A DNA stretch of 64,000 nt from Octopus sinensis. Lineage: Eukaryota. Both the position numbers and the translations under genes were made by a program. The notes under the pieces are model-generated. The model ran no database searches. It saw only the letters and a program-made list of their open reading frames with translations, and had not been told where the DNA came from. Shown piece by piece: positions 1 through 12,300 of the stretch (its first letter is position 1; each line of letters opens with the position of its first letter). The stretch covers positions 27,652,001 to 27,716,000 of the forward strand of contig NC_043002.1 in the NCBI RefSeq assembly GCF_006345805.1, read 5' to 3'.

Positions 1-94
1 ATGATGAATGTTCCTCCAGTATTCTTTGTCTTGATGTTTGTGCATGTATTCAAAAACACGGAAATTTTACAGAATGGCATGGTATATATATATA

Positions 95-150
<56 letters not shown>

Positions 151-181
151 ATATATATATATATATATACATATAATATAT

Positions 182-486
182 CACCGTGACCGGCCAGGAT
201 ATCAGATGTTGTTACACATCGCGGGTCACAATGAGCTTCGCATTGTTTTCGCCTTCAAATGACGCCACCCCGCTGGCTAAGTGAGCAGGCCAAGAGAAGA
301 AAGAGTGAGAGAAAGTTGTGGCGAAAGAGTACAGCAGGGATCGCCATCACCCACTGCCGAAGCCAAACTCGTGGAGCTTTAGGTGTTTTCGCTCAATAAA
401 CATTCACAAGGCCCGGTCTGGAAATCGAAACCGCGATCCTACAACTACGAGTCCGCTGCCCTAACCACTGGGCCATTGCACCTCCA
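182..486 (-). mobile_element. tRNA-derived SINE (family D here)
   Basis: Minus strand begins GGAGGTGCAATGGCCCAGTGGTTAGGGCAGCGGACTCG...GGTTTCGATTTCC (A/B-box-like head) followed by a non-tRNA body; related partial copy at 6140-6308. Confidence 0.8.
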
Positions 487-999
487 CACACATACATATA
501 ATTTATATCGCGACAATATCATGTAGCACAGGGAAATAGTACCATGATTTTTGGGCAGCTGGTAAGTACGTGTAATATCTTCCATAATGTATGTGTTTGT
601 ATGGATGTATGTATGTATACATGTGTGTATATACACATACACACACGCGTGCGCATACGCAGAATCGCGCACCCCCTCCCCCCACACACACATATCTATA
701 AAAACATATATGTATAACCCCCTATCACATACGCATCACACTCTTCTTATGACCATTTCCAGGCGCAGGTGATTGTATTTACCCCTCCCTTCCTTCTCAG
801 TTCCCTCATATCGCGGCATTCCCACCTAGTTTCTAAGATGTCTCCAATTCCTTATTTACTGCCCATTTCTCCTTCTAATACGTTTTATAGCTCTGTCTTT
901 CTTCTGATGAATGACTAACGTATGAAACGTCGACCCAATTTCTGCATCCATAAAAGCGCTAACATTATTCCAAGTCTTTCTCTTCTTATTGTTCACTGC

Positions 1000-1057
<58 letters not shown>

Positions 1058-1496
1058 GATAGATAGCTAGATAAATGATAGATAGACAGATAGATAGAGT
1101 GATAGATAATATATGCACGTATACATATATTTGTGCGTGTGAATGTTAGCATATATATACGTCTACAGATTTAAATGAATGTGTACTTGCACATTTACTG
1201 GATATATGAAGAAGAAAAAAAAGCTGCTTGCCAAACAAACGGAGAAAAAAATGTTCACCTAGGAATGTATAATTTCGAACAGCACATGCGTGCATGTCTT
1301 TGTAATTTTAAGGCATAGTACAAAGATGTATATTTCATTTCTGCATATATCAACATATATATATATAAGCGTATGTGTGCATGTATTGGTGTGACCGTAT
1401 ATATATACGTATGTGTGTGTGAGTATGTGTGTGTGTAGGTATGCATAAATATATATATACATATATATTTATATATATATATATTATATATATATT

Positions 1497-1684
<188 letters not shown>

Positions 1685-2212
1685 TCAGGAAAGACACTCA
1701 AATACACAGACTGAAATTATAGTGAATAGTACAGCTCATAAAGTCTTCAACATAATTTGCAATTCAAATAAACTAGATTGACACACTTCTAGAATCTAAA
1801 AAAAATAAATTATTGAAAGCAAGGCATATATGCCTTTCAGAAAATCTTTAACAGCTTATGTGAAACCAATTGCATCCTTATAGCGATAGAGCTCGCATTG
1901 ATGTTTTCAAGTCTTCGCGTGCCAGTGACTTTCTATACTAAACCTATCATTGTGTCATCTAACTATCGATTTCTTGTCTGGAGTTGAAAAAACACTTCCT
2001 CAAGAAAAAATGGAGAAAAATAAATGGGAAATCGGCTGATGAGGCGGAACCTTATGTTCTCTATAAGTGATGCGTTGAAGCATATATGCGTGCGTTCATG
2101 TATGTGTATATCCTTTCTCTTCTCGTCTCTTTCTTGCTTTTTCTCTCTCCCTTTCTTCCTATCTCTCACTCACTCTCTCTCTCTCCCTCTCTGTATATAT
2201 ATGTATATGTGC

Positions 2213-2283
<71 letters not shown>

Positions 2284-2320
2284 ATATGTATATATGTACA
2301 TATTCATATGCATATATGTA

Positions 2321-2455
2321 CAGTGGCTGTGTAGTAAGTAGCTTGCTTACCAACCACATGGTTTGGGGCTCAGTCCCACTATGTGACACCATGGGCATGT
2401 GCCTATAGCCTCGGGTCAACCAGAGCCTTGTGAAACTGAAAGAAACCCGTCGTAT
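2321..2455 (+). mobile_element. SINE family A, 5' part
   Basis: GTGGCTGTGTAGTAAGTAGCTTGCTTACCAACCACATGG...GAAAGAAACCCGTCG matches fuller copies at 13383, 17775 and 22805. Confidence 0.85.
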
Positions 2456-2494
2456 ATATATATATATATATATATGTATAATATATATATATAT

Positions 2495-2538
<44 letters not shown>

Positions 2539-2650
2539 TATATACGTATATATATATATATATATATATATCGTATATATATATATATATATACTATATA
2601 TTATATATATATATATATATATACGTATATATTATATATAGTATATATAC

Positions 2651-2702
<52 letters not shown>

Positions 2703-2805
2703 GTATATATATATATATATAATATATATATACATATACACAAGTACAGTATACACATCTATATATCTATATATATACATCGACAGACAGTCAGACAGAC
2801 AAATC

Positions 2806-2838
<33 letters not shown>

Positions 2839-2839
2839 T

Positions 2840-2888
<49 letters not shown>

Positions 2889-3378
2889 ATAGCTCTGCAT
2901 GCTCGCAGGCTTAAATAATTCGCTCTGCAGCCATATGTCAATATTCACTTTCAATGCTCGGAATCTTGGGTGCCTTGTGAATGAATTGGGTACAAAGAAA
3001 CCTCGCAGAATCTCACCCCATACAAAAGTGTGAATGCAAATATCTGCGTGTGTGCTACATCTTTGAACTTCGGTTTGATTCTCACCGTCTAACAACTGCT
3101 GCTGTTCTCTTTATGTCCGGTAACTTGCCGGTGTGTTAAACTTTTCTTCTAATAATGGGGTCGAATTGATTGATCAACAGAACACTTGAAGAATGTGTCC
3201 CGGCATAAAGGTAGGCTAAATATCGCAACGAATTATGTGCGTGTTTGTGTGTGTGTGTGTATGTATGTGGTGCGTACGACTGCAAATATGCATATACATA
3301 TCTATACACACGCACACATATTTATAATAATATATATATATATATATATATATTATAATATATATATTTTATAGAAGG

Positions 3379-3428
3379 AGCTTCTACAGGACTAGAACTG
3401 TTTCATTCAAATGAAATCATCGGAAGCT
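3379..3428 (-). ncRNA. Hammerhead motif with core mutation (CUGAUGA reads C-GAUGA)
   Basis: Mirror arm of 3461-3511, missing one T of the catalytic core. Confidence 0.6.
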
Positions 3429-3460
3429 TGCTGTCAAAAAATGCTTGATTTTTGACCGCA

Positions 3461-3511
3461 AGCTTCCTGATGATTTCATTTGAATGAAACAGTTCTAGTC
3501 CTGTAGAAGCT
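3461..3511 (+). ncRNA. Type I hammerhead ribozyme motif
   Basis: Stem I AGCTTC/GAAGCT; core CTGATGA (3467-3473); stem II TTC-ATTT-GAA; GAAA (3486-3489); stem III ACAG/CTGT; predicted cleavage GUA after 3505. Confidence 0.8.
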
Positions 3512-3591
3512 CCTTCTATAAAATAAATTAATTACTCTGCTATGTATGAGTACCTTATTTACTGTGGTTAACCTCGACTCAACCCGGGACC

Positions 3592-3633
<42 letters not shown>

Positions 3634-3735
3634 AGCTTAGAGAAGAAGAAGCTCCTTATAAAATAAATTAATTTACTCTGCTATGTATTGAGTACCTTAT
3701 TTACTGTGGTAAACCCCGACTCAACCCGGACCTAC

Positions 3736-3804
<69 letters not shown>

Positions 3805-3825
3805 AGCTTAGAGAAAAGAAGAAAC
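3506..3825 (+). repeat. Two-copy tandem duplication containing (TA)n
   Basis: GAAGCTCCTT...ATAAAATAAATTAATT...GAGTACCTTATTTACTGTGG...ACCTACA(TA)nAACCAGCTTAGAGAA repeated; units start at 3506 and 3648. Confidence 0.9.
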
Positions 3826-4201
3826 GAAACCAAACCAAACGAATCGAATCGAATCGACGCGAAGGCGCTCAGTCATACAATAGTGTAATAAATAAAATAT
3901 ATGCTTACATACAAACATATATGTACGTACCTACATCTACATGTATATATACATGCATATATAAATATATATACGTGTGTACAGGACACCACAAATAGAC
4001 GTAGAACTCAACGAGAAACGAAAACGTAAAAACAGCATGGACCGGACCATTCCTTTAACAACGAAAAAACAGAGTACAAGACAACTACACAAGGAAAAAT
4101 CCCCTTCATCAGCCGTCCCTAGTTCAACTCCATATATATGTATGTATGTACGTATGTATGTATGTATATATATATGTATATATATATGTGTGTATATATA
4201 T

Positions 4202-4252
<51 letters not shown>

Positions 4253-4411
4253 GGGTGTATGTGATTGTGTATAGAAGAATATATTAATAAAAGGAATTGC
4301 AACCTTGTCTGATTTTCACGTTTTATTTACAATCTTATAATGATATATTATAAGATAATATAATATAATAGAATAAAATAAAATAGTAGAATGTTAAATG
4401 TTCATTCTGAT

Positions 4412-4456
4412 TGAACTAGTACTTTCATGCATTAAATTCTGCAATCTTCAGGTTCA
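4412..4456 (-). ncRNA. Minimal type I hammerhead ribozyme motif, mirror copy
   Basis: Exact reverse complement of 4534-4578. Confidence 0.8.
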
Positions 4457-4533
4457 TGTAGTAGTGGTGACAGTCATGCTTCACAATTTTTGACAGTCAA
4501 AAATTGTGAAGCATGACTGCCACCACTACTACA

Positions 4534-4578
4534 TGAACCTGAAGATTGCAGAATTTAATGCATGAAAGTACTAGTTCA
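4534..4578 (+). ncRNA. Minimal type I hammerhead ribozyme motif (dimer type)
   Basis: Stem I TGAAC/GTTCA; CTGAAGA (4539-4545); stem II TGCA/TGCA; GAAA (4564-4567); palindromic helix III AGTACT; predicted cleavage CUA after 4573. Confidence 0.8.
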
Positions 4579-4789
4579 ATCAGAATGAACATTTAACATT
4601 CTACTATTTTATTTTATTCTATTATATTATATTATCTTATAATATATCATTAGAAGATTGTAAATAAAACATGAAAATCAGACAAGGTTGGAATTCCTTT
4701 TATTAATATATATATATATAATATATATATATATATGCAGACGCGAGTAACCATTACTTCGAAGCAAGTACAATCTGATTGCGTGTATG

Positions 4790-4990
4790 ACGCTATGCAG
4801 TTACAAGCAGATATAGCCAAGACTTACTTGCCATGGCCGAGTGGAACACTGAGGTTGAGATAGTTTGCGGGAAAGAAAGTCGGTACTCATTTTTAGCTCG
4901 GTAGACTGCAGGAACTTCAATTAACACAGGGCACCACCTGTTCTAAGAATGAAACTATGTTAGTCGAACCAACGCCCTAACGATTGGGCC
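4790..4990 (-). mobile_element. Degenerate SINE-like fragment
   Basis: Minus strand GGCCCAATCGTTAGGGCGTTGGTTCGACT... head-like sequence and an AAAAATGAGTACC motif. Confidence 0.45.
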
Positions 4991-5224
4991 TTTCTTTCCC
5001 CCTCTCCCTCTCTCTCTCCTTCTATCTATCTATCTATCTTTGCATCTCTCGCTTTCCCACTCACATGCACACAAAGCACATAACACCACGCACACATACA
5101 CACACAAACACACACGCAAACAAACACACACAAACACACACACTCATATGCTTGTACATGTTAACATATATTCAAACAGAGGAAGCGGATGGAGAAAGAC
5201 GGGTACAGGTAGATAGATAGACAA

Positions 5225-5298
<74 letters not shown>

Positions 5299-6139
5299 GT
5301 CAATACTGAAATGCACAAACACGCATTCTTCCCCTCTAACTTCTGCTCCTTTACCTCTTTTCTTTTCCTTTTTTATTTTTATTTCCTCTTGATTATTATC
5401 TTTTTTTTTTGTATTTAAACGTTATAATTTAAAATGCAATCTGTTGTATAATTGACTGTAGAAATAAAACTTATTAAACGGTAGATTTTAGTCATAAGTC
5501 ATCCCTCGAAAATTATTGAAACTAGGATGAAAGCATAAACGTGTGAGAATAACTAACTCGTCCAGAAGTGTGACAGGAAAAGAAAAGAAATAATTCACGG
5601 AAAAATGTTATCGAAAACAATAAATTCCTCTAAATAGCTTATTTGAACATTGTGTCAGTTGACTGTTTTGAAACAGTGAACATTAGGGTTTTTTCTGTTT
5701 GTTTTGTTTTGTTTAATTATTTTTTATTGTAGGTTTTTTTGCTTAGTGTGTATATTTGCTTGTTTTTTTTTTTGGTCTTTGATTTTTGTTTTTGTCTTTT
5801 TTCTGTTTGTGGGTTTTGTTTGTTTTCTGTTTTTTTGCGGGGCGGAGGTTGTTTAATATATACAATCAAAGTGGCGGCATGTCATCTTCGACGGATCGGA
5901 CCTGATGGAAAATAACAGACGTCAAGAGGGAGATATCAGCGCTATTTTCACTTCCTTGAACCCAACAAACTCTCTCCTTTGATATATGCGTTCTACACTA
6001 CCCTTGGCCTGGACTGTCATCTCAGGCACCGAGACCCTTTTGCTCCCATCATGATGAAGGGACCCAATCCCTTCTACAGATTTGCCACTCGGATACGACT
6101 CAACGCCGACGACAATATAATCACTGAATGACTGCCACT

Positions 6140-6308
6140 GTATTGACCAGACTATCAGATGTTGTCACACACCGCCAATCACAATGCGCTTCTTTTCTTT
6201 GCTGTAGCTTTTGATGCTGAACGCAACGCACTACTGGTCTGGGAAACGAAACCACGATTTCACGATTGGGAGCGAAAGTCCCTAACCACTTGGCCACGTG
6301 TCTTCACC
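6140..6308 (-). mobile_element. SINE family D, internally deleted copy
   Basis: Shares ATCAGATGTTGT.ACAC and GAAA.CGAAACC.CGAT...CCTAACCACT.GGCCA with 182-486. Confidence 0.7.
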
Positions 6309-6649
6309 AACATAAGCCATTATATAAATTTAGCTGTCATTTTCTACACGTATTGCCAGTTAAGAAGAGACTTCAAACATCGTTTGTTTAATTACTATGA
6401 TAGAAGTTTACGACATCTTAATGAAAAGTTTTGACACGACTTTTCCCCTTAACTCCAACTCCCTTCACCAAAATAACAACTACACATGTTCATTTTGAAT
6501 AATAATATAACAAAGCGTAACTGTACTATACACCTATGGATACAGGCATGGCTGGGCGATTAACAAGCCTGCATTGCAACCACGTGGTTGTTGGTTCGAT
6601 CCCACTGCAAGCGCTTTGGTATTATTATTTGTTCTTTACGCAGAACGTA

Positions 6650-7549
6650 AATGTAAGATCCCGGCTAGTTTTTTTAGGGTTGCCCTCTACAGACCCCGAA
6701 ATGATTAAAGGTAAAGTTGACCGCAAGCGGTATTTGAAAGCAAAACGAAAAGTTCAATAACTTTTTCTGAAAATTCAACTTAGTAATATCAACAACACTT
6801 ACAAGAACAACATCAATATCAATAACAACACCACCACCAATAATAATAATAATAATAACAGTAATAATAATAATGGTTTCAAATTTTGGTACAAGACCAG
6901 TATGTGCCGAGGAAGGGGGTAAGGTGATTACGCCAGTAGTAGTGCTCAGCTGGTACGTAATTTATCGTCCTCCAACGATGAAAGGCAAAGTGGAAATCGG
7001 CGGAATTTGAACTCGACAGAATTTGAAGACAAACGAAATGCAGATAAGCATGCGAACGATTCTGCCAGCTCACCGCGTTAACAATAAAAATAACAGTAAT
7101 GGTTTCGAGTTTTGGCACAAGGCCAGCAATTTTGGAGATGGGGTAAGTCAATTACATTGACCCTAACTGGTATTTATTTTATCAACTTCGAAAAGATGAA
7201 AGGTAAAACTGGCCGCTGTAGTATTTGAAAACAAAAAGAAAGGTTCATTAACTTTTTTGGCAATCCAGCGCAATAACATCAACAACAGCAATAACAAGAA
7301 ACAACACCACCACCACCAACAATAATAATGGTTTCAAATTTTGACACAAGGTCAGCAGTCTTTTGGAAGAAGAAGTAAGTCGATTACACTGATCCCAGTG
7401 TTTAACAGGTACTTAATTTATCGACCCCAAAAGGCTGAAAGGCAAAGTTGATCTCGGCGGAATTTGAACTCAGAACGTGAGGACGGACGAAATGCTGCTA
7501 AGAATTTTGCCCGGCGTGTTAACAATTCTGCCAGCTCGCCGCCTTAATA

Positions 7550-7591
<42 letters not shown>

Positions 7592-7600
7592 ATAATAATA

Positions 7601-7637
<37 letters not shown>

Positions 7638-8990
7638 CACGATCATCATGATGGTTGTGGTTTCTTTATACGCACAAGGCTTGAAATTTTGGTGGTAGGA
7701 GCGAGTCAATTACAACGAGCCTAGTATTGAGCCAGTACTTACTTCATAGACCCCGAAAGAATGTGGGGCAAAGTCAAACTCGGCGGAATTTGAAATAGTT
7801 TCAAGTTTTAGCACAGGAGAACCAGCAGTTTTTAAGGAGAGGAGTAAGTCACTTACTCCATCTCAATACTTGATTGGATTACTTTTCATTGACACTGTAA
7901 GGATGAAAAGCAAAATCGACCACGCTGGGATTATAACTCAGAGCCTTAAGATCCGATAGAAAAGCCGCTAGGTATTTTTTCCGACCCTCTAACGAGTACT
8001 ATAAATACGACATCAACAACAACGTCAACACCAACAAGAACATCATCATCATCATCATTAACAACAACAAAAATTACAATAACAAAGATAATAATAATAA
8101 TTATTATTATGGTTTCATAATTATTGTTATTATGGTGAAGGCGCATAGCTCAGTAGTTAGAGCATCAAGCTTACGGTCGTGATGTTGTGAGTTCGAATCC
8201 CGGACCGGGCTGCGTGTTGTGTTCTTGAGCAAGACACTTTATTTCACGTTGCTTCAGTTCACTCAGCTGTAGAAATGAGTTGCGACGTCACAGGTGCCAA
8301 GCTGCATCGGCCCCTTTGCCTTTCCCTTGGATAACACTGATGGCGTGGAGAGGGGAGGCCGGTATGCATGGGCGACTTCTGGTCTTCTATAAACAAACTT
8401 GCCCAGACTTGTGCCTGGGAGGGTAACTTTCTAAATACAATCCCACGGTCAGTCATGACAGAAGGGGGGGTTCTCAATAATATGGTTTCAAGTTTTGGTG
8501 CAGGGCCACCAATTTTTACATTGACTCCATGTTCAATTGGTACTGATATTATCGACCCCGAAACGGTGAAAGGCAAAGTCGACCTCAACTGAATTTGAAC
8601 GTAAAGAGTCAGGAGAAATGTTGCTAGGCTACTTTTTTTATTTTGATTTTTTTTACGGCGCTCTAGCGATTCTAGCAATCCAAAACTTAATGACAGCAAC
8701 ATCAACACCAATAGTACTAAAAGCACAAACATCATCAACAACAACAACAAAAGTAAATATTAATAATAATCGCTTTGGCCATAGGCACAAAGCCTGCAGA
8801 TTTGGGTGAGGGGACAAATTGATTGCATCAACCACGGTATTCGACTAGTAATTAATTTTGTCGACCCCGAAAGGATGAAAAGTAAAGTTGACATCGGCGG
8901 GGTTTGAACTCAGAACGTAAAGGCGAAAGAAATGGCGCTAAGCATTTTATCCGTCGTGCTAACTAACGATTCTACTGGTCCAGCGCCTTA
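6650..8990 (-). mobile_element. Head-to-tail cluster of ~8 SINE family B2 copies separated by (AAT/AAC)n
   Basis: Recurring plus-strand blocks ATGGTTTCAAATTTTGG.ACAAG...TCGACCCCGAAA.GATGAAAGGCAAAGTCGACC.CGGCGGAATTTGAACTC near 6873, 7100, 7328, 7660, 7795, 8480 and 8790, plus a partial block near 6650. Confidence 0.85.
8139..8470 (+). mobile_element. tRNA-derived SINE family C (CORE-like, OR-type) nested in the B2 cluster
   Basis: GGCGCATAGCTCAGTAGTTAGAGC...GAGTTCGAATCCCGG head, then TTGAGCAAGACACTTTATTTCACGTTGC shared with 40143 and 57654. Confidence 0.8.
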
Positions 8991-9065
8991 ACAACTACAA
9001 TACAATACTACGGGCTTTCGCTATGTATGCGTATGGTGCTATATATATGTATATAACAACAACAC

Positions 9066-9117
9066 CAACAATAAGACCATCATCATCCTTAACAATAATA
9101 ATAATAATAATAATAAC

Positions 9118-9157
<40 letters not shown>

Positions 9158-9183
9158 GTAATAGTAATAATAATAATAATAAC

Positions 9184-9234
<51 letters not shown>

Positions 9235-9235
9235 T
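9066..9235. repeat. (AAT)n microsatellite
   Basis: Direct reading. Confidence 0.95.
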
Positions 9236-9460
9236 GCATACAAAATAAAATGAGAAAAAAAATGGCAATAGCATTAAACAGATGTAAATAAGATATATAT
9301 ATTCAAATAAACGGATTTCTAAACTCACCGTTTTCCTGCACCAAGAAATATCCAAATGTAATTCTTTTCCGTACGGAAAACACAGAAAAAGTATTTTAGC
9401 AGTAAAGCAATACTTGTACGTATACTGAGATTACACACACGAACACAGACGCACACACAA

Positions 9461-9500
<40 letters not shown>

Positions 9501-9566
9501 GTGTGTGTTATATGTTTGTATGCTTGTTTGTGCGTATGTGTCTATGGATGTGTGTGTGTATATATC

Positions 9567-9601
<35 letters not shown>

Positions 9602-9822
9602 TATTATAGTATAGTATAATATAGTATAGTGTAGTGCAGTGTAGTATATTATAGTATAGTAATAGTATAATAGTTGGCCAACGCAGTATAATCAGTATAT
9701 AATTAATGCATGTGCGTACTTTTATATAATTCCCGTGTCTAAAAGAGAGCACCGAAAAATCAGTCTTTTATCAGCATAATAGAGTTCTGTGTGTGTATGT
9801 GTGTGTGTATGCGTGTGCGTTC

Positions 9823-9854
<32 letters not shown>

Positions 9855-9918
9855 TTACTTATATTATTTATATATATATATACATATGTATGTGTGTGCA
9901 TAAAGTGTATAATAAGTA

Positions 9919-9972
<54 letters not shown>

Positions 9973-10449
9973 CGTGCGTTTATATAGTTATATACATATA
10001 TATATATGTGTTTGTGTGTGTGTGTGTGTATGTATGTATGTGTGTATGTATTGTTCAAAGCTGTATCATCAGAATATAATTAAAGCATGTGTCTGTTTAT
10101 ACAACATCCTCCGTTCCGCGTCTGCTATCAGAGAGTGCGACTACTCCAGCGCTGTGTTGTCTGTTTGCTTCGCGTGATTATTCCAAGTGCAATGATTTGT
10201 ATAACGTGGATTTCTTATCTTATCTCATCTTTTTATATTCATCACGCCGTTAGTTAACATGTTGTGATTTCACAGAGCAAAGATTCTTTAGTATTAGAAA
10301 TCATATTTCTGGAAAGTGTTGTTTGTATTTATTTTAAGTTTGGCAAAAGGGAAATTTTAAAGCGATGACTGCTAAACACACACACACAGACAAACACACG
10401 TGTGCTCGGACTTTCGCTTTGTATGCGTATGGTGCTATATATATGTATG

Positions 10450-10486
<37 letters not shown>

Positions 10487-10513
10487 CTGTCTGTATTTTT
10501 ATCTTTATGTCAG

Positions 10514-10594
<81 letters not shown>

Positions 10595-10900
10595 ATATTA
10601 ATTGAAGAATTACCTCTATTCCGTATTACATAAATGTTATAACATTTGTTTTAATTTTGCCAACTTTAGTATCAGAAAGTCTGATGAATTTAAATTTCGA
10701 AACCACAATTAATCTTTTTACCTCTTAGAATTTGGTGGGGGAGGGGTGACTATATATATGCATGCGTGCGTGCTCGTGCGTGCGTGTGTGTACGTCTCCG
10801 TTCGCGTGTTTGTTTCCGCGCGAGTGTGTGTGCTCGCAAGTGTATTTGCGCATTTGCATTTGTTTCACAGGTAAATTTGTGTAACAAAACAACAAAAATA

Positions 10901-11043
10901 AAATTCTTTTTCGCTACTACGAGCTTACAAGTTCGAATCTAGTGTAGAGAACTTTGGCTGAATGTCATCCAAAAATTCTTTTTCGCTACTACGAGCTTAC
11001 AAGTTTGAATCTAGTGTAGAGAACTTTGGCTGAATGTCATCCA
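10901..11043. repeat. 72 bp direct tandem duplication
   Basis: AAATTCTTTTTCGCTACTACGAGCTTACAAGTT(C/T)GAATCTAGTGTAGAGAACTTTGGCTGAATGTCATCCA twice; starts at 10901 and 10973. Confidence 0.95.
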
Positions 11044-11537
11044 CTAAGCAACTCAACTTAACCAATACTTTGTGAATTTAATTTAGAATATATACATATA
11101 GATTATGCGCGAGTGTATGTATATTTATGCGTATATGACTGCTTCCAAATTCATTGTTTATGATGCCACTTTTTATATACTGCTCGTATATAAATAAAGA
11201 CAAAACAAATGCTAGGTTTGTTATGATCGACTAAAACCTCTTTCGAAGCAAAACTTCAGTGCGGCCGCAAATTCAATGAATGACTACAGTAAGGGAATAT
11301 ATTTTTATTTATATGACTGCGTGGTTAAGAAATTGACTTGGCACCCACGTGTTTCGACTTCAGTCTCACTGCGCGGCACCTTCGGCGAATGTTTCCTACC
11401 ATAGTTTCAGGTCGATCAATACTGTGTAAGTGAATTTTTTTTTTACGGAAACGGCCAGTACGGAAACGTCTCTTATGTGTGTGTGTGTATGTGTGTGTAT
11501 GTGTGTGCGTGTGTGTGTGTGTGTGTGTGTCTGTCTG

Positions 11538-11582
<45 letters not shown>

Positions 11583-11589
11583 ATATTTT

Positions 11590-12300
11590 CTTATTTTATT
11601 TGCTTCAGTCATTTGACTGCGGCCATGCCGTACCACCAACTTCAGTCGAGCAAATCGACCCCAGGACTTATCCTTTGTAAGCCTAGTACTTATTCTTTCG
11701 GTCACTTTTGCCGAACCGCTAAGTTACGGGGACGTAAACACGCCAATATCGGTTTGTAAGCGATGGTGGGGGACAGACACACAAACATGTGTGTATGTGT
11801 GTGTGTGTCTGCGTCTGTGTGTATGCATACATATATATATATACACATATATATATGCATACATATACACACACACACACATATATATAGGTATGTTTGT
11901 GTCTGTCTATCTGTCTGTCTGTTTGTCTGTCTGATGTCTGTCTTTTCTCTTTAACTTGTTTTAGTCATGAGACTGCGACCATGCTGGGTCACCGCTTTGG
12001 AGGGTTTTAGTCGAACAAATTTTTTAAAGCCTAGTACTTATTCAATCGGTCTTTATTGCCAAACAGCTAAGTTACAGGGACGTAAACACACTAATACCGG
12101 TCGTCAGGCGAGGCGATCGTGGAGCACAAACACACACAAATATACACACGCATGTGTATACACATATATATACGGCGGGCTTCTTTCAGTTTCCTTCTAC
12201 TAATTCCACTCACAAGGCTTTGGTCGGCTCGAAGATCTTTGCTCAAGGTGCCACGCGATAAGGCTGATCCCAGAACCATGTTTAGGAAGTAAACTTCTTA
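11590..12300 (-). mobile_element. SINE family A copies (3' part at 11590-11790; fuller copy from 11945)
   Basis: Reverse complement of family A body with internal (TA/TG)n. Confidence 0.8.

Larger units (their letters stand above)
3367..3523. repeat. Fold-back palindrome (~75 bp arms) carrying hammerhead motifs; probable Penelope-like element terminus derivative
   Basis: Left arm TTTTATAGAAGGAGCTTCTACAGG...GTCAAAAA is the near-perfect reverse complement of right arm TTTTTGAC...GAAGCTCCTTCTATAAAA; preceded by (TA)n. Confidence 0.9.
4279..4711. repeat. Near-perfect ~430 bp palindrome centred at 4495, flanked by (TA)n-rich sequence
   Basis: Positions i and 8990-i are complementary through ~215 bp arms with few mismatches; centre TTTTTGAC-A-GTCAAAAA. 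Confidence 0.95.

Noticed and set aside
2036-2090. CTGATGAGGCGGAACC; similar minus-strand CTGATGAAGGGG near 4105
   Set aside because: No downstream GAAA core at a suitable distance; at most highly decayed PLE ends
5880-6135. GC-richer unique patch with a faint zinc-knuckle-like translation
   Set aside because: Too degenerate to assign; possibly an old LINE relic
6650-8990. Repeat-spacer appearance resembling a CRISPR array
   Set aside because: Units are ~200 bp diverged SINEs with microsatellite spacers in a eukaryotic context; no cas genes
10681-10715. CTGATGA...GAAA motif
   Set aside because: No helix I or helix III pairing; stem II closes on A-C
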